Made by a program: the position numbers and the translations under genes. DNA of 64,000 nucleotides from the human T2T-CHM13v2.0 reference genome, Homo sapiens. The stretch is taken from NCBI RefSeq assembly GCF_009914755.1, contig NC_060948.1; one strand, 5' to 3'. Under the pieces are notes generated by a model. It had not been told where the DNA came from. It saw only the letters and a list, made by a program, of their open reading frames with translations, and did not search any database. This document shows, piece after piece, positions 53,601 to 64,000 of the stretch; the first letter of the stretch is position 1, and each line of letters begins with the position of its first letter.

Positions 53601-56450
53601 AAATGAACAGATCCAGCATGGAGCCTCCAGGAAAGTGCACAGAATTCTGTCTAGTACCCAGAGGAAGGGGGTTCCCACTGAGGGCAGGATGAGTCTGCCT
53701 GCCCCTGTTCAGGAAGGTTCTCCTCATAGTTCAGCCTCAAGGTGCGGGCATTCTCTGTGTGCACACAGTCCATGGCACAAACAGGAGAGAGGGAGATACA
53801 GAGCTGACCGAGCCAAGAACCTGGACATAGGCTTCTTCTCTGAGACTTCCATCTGCTCTAGGATCTTCTTGCCCTGAGAAGCTGCCCTGAGGTCAGATAG
53901 AAGCAAATGGCCACCACTTCCAGAGGTGCCCCCTGTCACACTGACAGCTCCCTAGAGGGGACTCAAGCAGTGGGGACAGATTGTTTGGGCGGAAACTCTG
54001 GAGTTTGGCCTGGCTGGTTCATCCAATAAGCCCCTGTAACATGACACAAGTCGGGGGAGATGAAACAGTGACTTTTATTTTATTTTACTATTTTATTTTA
54101 TTTTATTTTATTTTATTATTTTATTTTATTTTTTGAGAAGAAGTCTCACTCTGTCACCCAGACTGGAGTGAATCAATGTGATCTCAGCTCACTGCAACCT
54201 TCACCTCCCGGGTTCAAGGAATTCTCCTGCCTCAGTCTCTGAGCAGCTGTGTCTACAGGGCATGCATCACCATGCCCAGCCATTTTTTGCATTTTTAGTA
54301 GAGATGGAGTTTCACCATATTGGCCAGGCTGGTCTCAAACTCCTGACCTCATGATCTGCCCTCCTTGGCCTTCCAAAGTGTTGGGATTACAGGCACGAGC
54401 CACCATGCCCGGCAGCCTTACCTTTTCTTTCATGGCATGACAAAGTGTTTTGTGAAGTTCAGGCTGTGGTACTTGAGCAGCTCCAGTGGCGAATGGCTTA
54501 GGAAGCAAAGGCTGGTGAGCTTGGGGTTGAGCAATAGGCTGTAGGCCTACAAGGAGGAAGTGGGCACTGAGCAAGTGTCCTGGTTGTCTGTCCACAGGCC
54601 CAGAACAAGTGACATACCAGGAGCCTGTGGGGAGCTGGCAGGGACTTACTGGATCCAGTAAAAGTCCCATGTGGATGCAGTGATGGGGCCCTTCGGGTCC
54701 TTGTCTGTAATTACAAAGAGGTACATGAGGTCCCCTTGCATCTTGCAGTTTCTAGGAAGTGGGTTCCAGCTGCTCATGCTGGGCACTTTTAGGCACTAAA
54801 GCCCTTCAGGAATGGTCAAGTAGAAATAAGCTCTTCACTTCACCAAGGACCCTCTTCTTTGCCCCCTTTGGGAGTTCCACCTTCCAGTCATGGCTCTGGA
54901 GACACAATGGTCCCTCTTGGGACCCTGGCAAGATGTACTCAGGTGGCAAACAGTCAATGAGGCTCATCTCCAAGCCATTCTTTCACTCCTACTGTTTGAG
55001 GAACTCGAGGCTGGTGGTCAGCACAGGGCAACCCAAGGCCAGCTGTCTCCACCTAAATTTGACCCTGGTTTGAGTGCCGCTAGGCCAGACCCCTCCAGGT
55101 GAGAAAACCTGGTCCTCAGCCTCTGGCTTCCATGCTCCCCTTCCCTCTTTTCAATCCTGGCCCCAATGTCTCCTCCACCTCTCAGGTCATTGGAGAATAT
55201 GCTCGGGAAGAACAAGCAGCTTTAGTCAGCCCTGCTGAAGGCAGCAGATGGGTTCAGGCTCTTAAGCTGCTCTAGGACGTGGTTCATGTGGAAGCAGGCC
55301 TTGAGTAGTGTGTGTAGCTCTTTCAGGGAGAAGGAGTAGGATGTTACCAGGGCCTTGTATCCTAAAACATCGCATCTAGCACAGAAAATAGTTTGCAAGA
55401 TGCTTTCATGGGTGATTTTAATTTTCAACTTTAGGCTTCCATTTTCAAATTCCATAATGAACACATAAGGTGGGGTTCTAATTTCAACACACACACACTC
55501 ACACAAACACACACTCCTGTCTGCTAGTAGGCAGGGATCATTTCTTACAAAGAATCTCCTGCCAAATGCCTCTGAAGCACACGTGGGTCTTGAGCCGACA
55601 GGGCTAACTGCTTTTTCTGCACTAGTGTCTTGGGTTGAAGGAGCGTTTAGAGCTGCCTTTTTGGGCAGCCCTCATGAAGGGGTGTGCTGAGGACTCCCCA
55701 GGACCTCCTACTTCAGACGGTCTTCCAGTGTGTGTTTCACTGAAGTTTAATGGTGACGGTTTGGGGAAAGAGGAAAGTTCCTGTGATCAACTATGGGCAC
55801 CATTGAGCTACAATTCTTTTCCACAATTGCTCTTAGCAAGCAGGTAGACCCTGGGAACATAAGTGGCTTTTCCCCAGAGAACATGAATACATGAGAGATT
55901 TTGCTTTACAACCAGGTGAATCTCACCACAGCAGTTGGTGCTGCACTGGACAGATTTCCCCACTCAAATACTGTGAAGCTTTTTAAGTTTTTTTTTTTCT
56001 AAGACATCATTTATTTTTATAGAATTTGATTGGGCTGATATCAAGCCTGGCTTTGTACTGCCTGAATTTTTTAGAATTACAACTCTGTTCTTACATTCAC
56101 ATGCTTATCTGTGACACAAAGACCTCTGAGGACTGGGGAAGTGCTGCCTGGCCCTTCTTTTTTGGGGCCCTCCCCAAGGCAGTCTACCCAACTTCCAAAC
56201 CAGCCTTCCCTCATACACAGCCCTGAGCCCTCCTGCAGCTCCTCACTGTTTTGCCGCCCTGGGAAGTGGTTTGGCATGTTGCTAACCAGGTGCAGTGAGA
56301 AGGAGGTGCAGTGACACATTTCTTCATGGACCATCAGCACCGGCTAAATCTCCTGCAACATCTCCTTAAGGGACAACTGCAGGGAGAAGGCCCCAACAAC
56401 TCTGATGAGAAACCACATGGATGGAAGCAAGGTCTTACTGTTTCCCCAGC
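50620..56450 (-). pseudogene. CLUHP: CLUH (clustered mitochondria homolog, KIAA0664) unprocessed pseudogene, internally deleted
   Basis: Colinear exon remnants match recalled CLUH: ~56204-56390 (LMVHEEMCHCTSFSLHL vs LMDREDTCHRTCFSLHL), ~55180-55322 (LKSLNPSAAF vs LKSLDPSDAF), ~54882-54998 ([13 protein letters not shown]), ~54656-54812 ([13 protein letters not shown]), ~54422-54547, ~53707-53780 (AMDCV..LNYEE), ~53360-53455 (ELQTMREL), ~52576-52677 (CKAVSSISCTAFNIHF), ~51813-52075 (HPNTI; SSQL...CYLTLLVF). Introns are retained, there are stops and frameshifts, and a - strand AATAAA lies at ~50643. Confidence 0.92.
54073..54412 (-). mobile_element. Alu in a CLUHP intron, with a (TTTTA)n tail
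   Basis: Reverse Alu consensus starting a few bases after the GTAAG donor. Confidence 0.9.
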
Positions 56451-56849
56451 CCAAAGTCCTGAGAATCATGCCCAAAATTCTCAGATTTCCACTTTTTGCA
56501 TATTTAATTATTTTTAGAATCCCAGGCCCCCTCTATACATGCCACACCTACCTACACCTGACTGTGTGTGCAGAACAGAGTCTGGCCACACTGACTATTC
56601 CTGAAGACCAAGAAAAATCCCTATGCAGAGTAGGGGGAGATGGAACAACCAAGGTAGACAAAATGGCAGCTTTGCCTCATCCCTTGCCCAGTGCTAAGGT
56701 CCCCAGGGCAAACAGCTTTTGCCTTCAACTTCAAGTTAACAGCATACAAAATATATACATTTTTACTTCCCCCACTCTATTATTAATGTTACAAATTATA
56801 TCTCTATATATTGTATGCATTTTCACAGAGATTTAAGAATTGTATGCAC

Positions 56850-58017
56850 CATTATTATAACAATAGCAAATTTTGTATCTGTGTATATATTTATATTAAC
56901 AGAGAGCTTTACATTTTCATATCATTTTATGATGCTGTCCAGCATCATTTAATGTTTCAACATAATTGACTGTCTTTTGCATTTTTTTCTAGGGTTATTC
57001 TAGTAGTAAGCAACCTTAGTTTTTTTATTTTAAACTTTGAAAGGCTTTATTTTTTTCTAATTTTTGAAGTACAGTTTTTTCCAGGTCCATTATTCTTGGT
57101 TGTTAGGATTTTTTGTTTCATTGCTGATATGTGTAAGGTTTCAGCATGCCCTCTTTTTCTCCCAGATAACATTTATGTCATTTTCTTCCCATATTCTTTT
57201 CATAAGACTCTTTCTCTGAATATATTGGTCTACTTGATAGTGTCCAGTAAGTCTCATATTTAACCCTTATTTCTTCCATTTTTTTCAAAAGTTAGTTTCC
57301 AGGCCTAAATATTTGTGAATAATATATATTTAATTTCCTGATTCTTTTTTTGCTCCAATGTTTGCTGTTGTGTCTCTGCAGTGAATTTGCAAATGCCAGT
57401 TATTGGATCCTTCAATGCCACAATTTCTGTTGGGTTTTTAGAAAAAAGGTTTCATCTCTTTGTTGATATCACATTTCGGTCATTTATTATTTTTAAATGT
57501 TATTCAATTTTCTATTTTTGTTTCATTTTTGTTCACTGAGAATGCTTAATTATTTTTAATTCTTTATCAGATATGCAAAAATCTTCATTTCTTAAGAGTC
57601 AACTTCTGGATATTTATTCTGTTTCTTCCAGTGAAGTATATTTTCCACCTTCTCCGTATGCCTTGTAATTTTTTTTATAAGATCTGGAAAATTACAAAAT
57701 ATCCATCAAATCTAGTATTTAAAGCCTGGCACGGCTGGGCACGGTAGCTCATGCCTGTAATCCCAGCACTTTGGGCAGCTGAGATGGGCAGATTACTGGA
57801 GGCCAGGAGTTTGAGACCAGCCTGGCTAACATAGCAAAGCCCGTCTCTACTGAAAATACAAAAAAATTAGCTGGGCGTTGTGGTGCACCTCTCGTCCCAG
57901 CCACTCAGGAGACTGAGACAATAGAATCACTTGAACCCGCGAGATGGAGGTTGCAGTGAGCTGAGATCACTCCACTGCACTCCAGCCTGGGCGACAAAGC
58001 AAAACTCTTTCTCAAGA

Positions 58018-58059
<42 letters not shown>

Positions 58060-58350
58060 ACTGGCTTAGTAAAGGGTGATATTGACAGCAATCAGCCAGG
58101 CTATAGATTCTGGGTGCTTCACAGATGCATTCTCAGATATGTCTTCTCTGGATCTTTGTGTATTTCTCAGTTAAAGAGAATTTGTTTCATTGTTTTTAGA
58201 TTGATTAGCTATTTTCTTCCCCAGTTGACTGTCTGTGGTATTGCAGTTTCTCTAGTGCTGCAATTTTCTTTCTTGTCATCAGACACAACTGTCATCTGTA
58301 TGAGTCCATCATGTCCTTCAGCACTCCATGTCAGGAAAGACAGAATCTAG
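56850..58350 (-). mobile_element. Very old L1M fragments plus an Alu (57733-58060 +, (CAA)n tail)
   Basis: T-rich antisense L1-like sequence; Alu consensus. Confidence 0.6.
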
Positions 58351-59014
58351 TCATTAGGCAATATCTCAAAAAGACAAACATTTCAACACATAACTCTACA
58401 GCGTTAATTCTCTCCTGAGGAAGATGCTGAAAGTTGGGCATTTTCCGGTGAGCCCACTTACTATTGCGGGGAAGGGGAAAAAAAAAAAAAAAACTCTGGT
58501 GGAGAGTCTGTAGCAAAGAAAAAATTCCTGCAGTGTGAAAAGAGAGGAGGCAACAGCCATACACAAAGCAAGGTGAAAATAAATGAGCAGGTAACACATG
58601 GGAGAGGTCCAAAGGTCACAGAGAAAGACAGAGTTTAAATAGGGTTTGGTCATCTCTGTTGCAATGGAAATTGTTTTAGAAAAGCCTAATTTTATTTTTC
58701 TTGCTGTCACAGAGAAACATGTTCCTGTCCCATGCTTACTATGCTCTTCAATCTTCTATGGCTTCTTTTCTCCCTCCCAGAATCTTCCAGTGCATTCATA
58801 CTGAAAACCAAAGTCCTCCCAGAATCTGTAAGAACCTACATGATCTGATTAGTGTTCATTAATTTTGGGAATCTGGGGAAATCTGTGCACATTTCTGGAG
58901 ACCTCTACGTTATGCAATTTTTTAATAAATATGTGGTGCATCAAGTCAAAAGTGTGTGAAGGGAGTTGTGAAGGCATTGGGAGGCATTGGGAATTGGTTT
59001 AGAAATTCCAAGAA

Positions 59015-60297
<1,283 letters not shown>

Positions 60298-60704
60298 AGC
60301 ATCACAGTATTCCTTTTTTCTTTCTTCAAATTAGAGAATAAGGGAAGTGTTGTACTCTATACAAAATTTAAAAGGTACAAAAGAGCATGTTGAAAAGTTA
60401 GGTCTCCCTTCCAGACCACAATATCCACAGTTGCTCTAGGATCCTTCACTTCAGGAAATAATGTTACTGGTTTCCCATATGTCTTTTGAGAGGCTTTATG
60501 CCTGGACAGTGTATACATATGTGTGTACAATTTTTTTAAGAATATAGTAGTATATTGCACACACTATTCTGTACCTCTCTTTTTTTACTTAATATATTTG
60601 GAGATTATATCATATCAGTACAGAACTCCCTGTTCTTTTTTTTTAGCCAAGATATACGTATCATACAATAAAATATACAATTTTGAAGTGTATAATCAGA
60701 ACTA

Positions 60705-63700
60705 GATATGGTGGCTTGGGCCTGTAATCCCAGCAGCTGGGGAGGCTGAGGTGGAGAATTGCTTGAGGCTGGAGTTCAAGAACAGCCTAGACAACATAGT
60801 GAGACCTTCAAATCTAAAAACAAACATAAATGAAATATACAATCCATTTGTTTTTAGCTTATTAACAAGGTTATGACTGTCACCACTGTGGGGGAAGCAG
60901 GGATGATAAAGGGAAATCCTATACCCTTTATCAGTCACTCTCTATTCTTTCCTCCTCATCCCTTTGCAGTTACCAGTCTGCTTTCTGTCTCTATGGATTT
61001 GCATATTCTGGATATTTCATATAAATGGGATTATACAATAAAAAAAAGAAATTCCAGGAACACCAGAGAGAGAAGACACATGTTTTCTGCTTTATAATTT
61101 CATATCCTATGAAGGTTTAAAACATAATTCCACAAAAAATTTGATGGAAAATCTTTATGTGCAAAAGTATCTTGTTAAATATAAAAAAAAGTTTTATGGA
61201 GAATTATTTTTTCTTATCAAGACCTAATCTTAAAAATTTAAACTCTATATGCCAACAGTGTCTATTGTAGGGTGGTTTATTGTATGTACTCATTTTATGG
61301 ATTCCTTACAAAAACTTTTCCCATAGGGGAAATTAGAACATTGCTGTACATACATTGAATTTCCAATTATTACCTTATTTCTCACTTATTATTTTGTGAT
61401 TCTGTCTTCTTTAACAACAAGAATATCATGACAGCGTTTTCACTTTCTGAATTGTCATATGTCTGTAATTTGTCTGTAATCTTAGTTTCAGAAGTTCTAC
61501 AATAGTATGTTCAAGGCCTGGCATGGTGGCTCACACATGTAATCCCAGCACTTTGGGAGGCAGAGGTGGGCAGATCACGAGGCCAGGAGTTTGAGACCAG
61601 CCTGGCCAACATAATGAAACTCCAACTCTACTAAAAGTACAACAATTGGCCAGGTGTGGTGGCATGCACCTGTAATCATAGTTACTCGGGAGGCTGAGGA
61701 AAGAGAACCACTTGAAACTGGGAGACAGAGTTTCAAGTGGTTGCAGTGAGCCAAGATCCTTCCACTGCACAACAGCCTGGGCAGCAGAGTGAGACTCCAC
61801 CTCAAAAAATAAATACATAAATAAAATAATACAACATTCTCAAATGTATATGTTATATATAAATTATATAATTTATTAAAATATTTGTCTTGTATGTTTC
61901 ATTGACTTTAGGAACAATGTGATTAGTAGCATTTTCTTCCAGTTTCCTCAATTTTTACCTGAATTGTAGCACAACTTATTCCCAGTATTACTTTATATAT
62001 CAATTTTTATACTGTATTTAAAATATATATAGTTATTGTATTTAGAAATGTAAGACTTTTCTTCTAAAGGCTAGATTACAGCCTCACCACTTTGTAAGAC
62101 AAGCAGCAATGGGCCGGGCATGGTGGCTAATGCCTGTAATCCCAGCACTTTGGGAGGCCAAGCCGGGCGGATCATCTGAGGTCAGAAGTTTGAGACAAGC
62201 AGCCTGACCAACATGGAGAAACCCCGTCTCTACTAAAAATACAAAATTAGCTGAGCGTGTTGGCACATGCCTCTAATTCCAGCTACTCAGGAGGCTGAGG
62301 CAGGAGAATAGCTTGAACCTGGGAGGCGGAGGTTGTGGTGAGCTGAGATCATGTCATTGCCCTCCAGCCTGGGAAACAAGAGTAAAACTCCGTCTCAAAA
62401 AAAAAAAAATAAATAAAAAATAAAAAATAAAGGAAAAACAAAGCAGCAATATATCAATGTATCAGTAGCATAATTTAGAAGTTTCTCTAGTATTACTTAA
62501 ATGCTTATTTTTTAAAACTTTCTCATCAAAGCTTTATGAATAATTATAATATGTTTTCTTTGAAATGTTGTTGCCTTAACTGTATCAAACAATTAAAAAT
62601 TCATGCTTTTCATGGATGCACAGTTAGAGTTGAAAATTGTAGTTATCTAGATTTTTTCTCTGTTTATTGAGGATTTTATGGGTTAAAGTTGCTCTTCATT
62701 AAGTTTTGTATTTTATATTTCTGTATTTTTCAGAGTAGGCTGCCTCACATCAATTGTGTTTCTAGCTTCTACCTATTTATTATGGTTTTGAATTGCAGCA
62801 TTCAAATCAGAATTTTGGGGGTTAATGTTAATTTTAACTTTGTTTGCAATTTTGTGTCTGTTTGTTTCATTTTTTAGGGTAGGCCACCTTACATCAGTTT
62901 ACTGTTTTTAGTTTTAATTTATATATTATAATTTTGTATGACAATTGTCAACTCTGTACATCTTAATACAGTGTGAGGCAAAAGTCAACTATGAATCAGC
63001 CCTACTTCCTTTTTCAATATAATTATCTAAGTGTTTGTTTGCTTGTATAAACGTTACGCCTATTTTGTTTATGATTTGTATATTTTTCTTCTTGGCTGGT
63101 GGCCAATAATTGATTCTGTCTAGGTGAGTATTCATGGAAATTGTCTTAATTTCAACACCTTTATCTTATAATATCTTAATGTGAAAGAAACTGTTTTGTG
63201 GTTTGAAGGTAGGTTAGATGTCTTATTTATTTTTAAGACAGAGTCTTGCTCTGTCACCCGAAGTGCAGTGGCACAATCTCGGCTCACTGCAACCTCCACC
63301 TCCCAGGTTAAGGCAATTCTCCTGCTTCAGCCTCCTGAATAGCTGGGATTAAAGACATGGACAACCATGCCTGGCTAAGTTTTGTATTTTTAGTAGAAAT
63401 GGGGCCAGGCTTGTCCTGAATTCTTAATCTCAAGTTATCTGAACACCTTGGCCTCCCAGAGTGTTGGGATTACAGGCCTGCGCCACCTGCCCTCAGGTGT
63501 CATTGTTAATTTTAATTGTGGTAAAAATATGTAACATAAAATTGAGAATCTTAAATATTTTTTCTTATACAGTTTAGCCATGTTAAGTGTATTTACGTTG
63601 TTATGCAACATATCTGTAAAACTTTTTCTGTTGCAAAACTTAAAACTCAATATAAATTAATAATACCCATTTTTTTTTTTTTTTTTTTTTTTTACCACCA

Positions 63701-64000
63701 GGCTCCTGATGAAAACGATTCCATTTTCTGTTTTTAAAAGTTTCAATACTTTCGATATTACAAGTAAGTGGAATCATAAAGTATCTGTTTTACTGTGGAT
63801 AAGTTTAGTTAGCATCATGTGCTTCAGGTTTATCTTTATTGTGGATGTTACAAGATTTTCTGCTTTTAAAGGCTGAGTAGTTTTCCATTACTTTTATATG
63901 ACAAATTGTATTTATTCATTTATTTGGTGAAGAAAGTTTGTTTTGCTTTCAAATATTGGCCTTTTTGAATAATGTTTCAAAGAATATAGGTGTTCCATTA
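60705..64000. mobile_element. AT-rich region with Alus (60705-60830, 61517-61830, 62112-62430 +; 63222-63490 -) and L1M 3' fragments (-)
   Basis: Alu consensus; CTTTCTGTCTCTATGGATTTGCATATTCTGGATATTTCATATAAATGG and AAGTGGAATCATAAAGTATCTG are L1M 3' motifs. Confidence 0.8.

Noticed and set aside
57931-58350. ORF with a polyglutamine tract
   Set aside because: It is an Alu right arm plus its (CAA)n tail.
60300-64000. KRAB or C2H2 zinc-finger exons
   Set aside because: No HTGEKPY-type repeats or KRAB-A motif found; only AT-rich and repeat sequence.

Overview
Primate (most likely human or great ape) genomic DNA with no intact cellular protein-coding gene. It is a mosaic of duplicated blocks and retroelements. 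(1) 1-11190: a decayed 45S rDNA relic on the - strand, running from the 28S 3' end through the 3'ETS, a Sal-box terminator and a compact ~10 kb intergenic spacer (IGS) to the pre-promoter spacer. (2) ~11430-30565: an Alu/MIR/L2-rich block with a 5'-inverted L1PA3-like element, a CAC/CAT repeat and a MER11 solo LTR. (3) A second small IGS-like piece and nested L1s. (4) 40288-45546: an internally deleted HERV-Fc2-type provirus (tRNA-Phe PBS, three Gag zinc knuckles, no RT, broken env), lying antisense in intron 1 of an orphan KRAB-ZNF promoter/exon 1. (5) An intron-containing, internally deleted CLUH pseudogene. (6) A processed AK6 pseudogene split by an Alu. From memory, CLUHP + AK6/TAF9P + HERV-Fc2 fits the Yq11.22 ampliconic region, with related duplicons on chr12 and chr16; this placement is inference. 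Family assignments come from recalled consensus sequences, not database searches. I see no convincing new functional system; the interest is mostly evolutionary and mechanistic.
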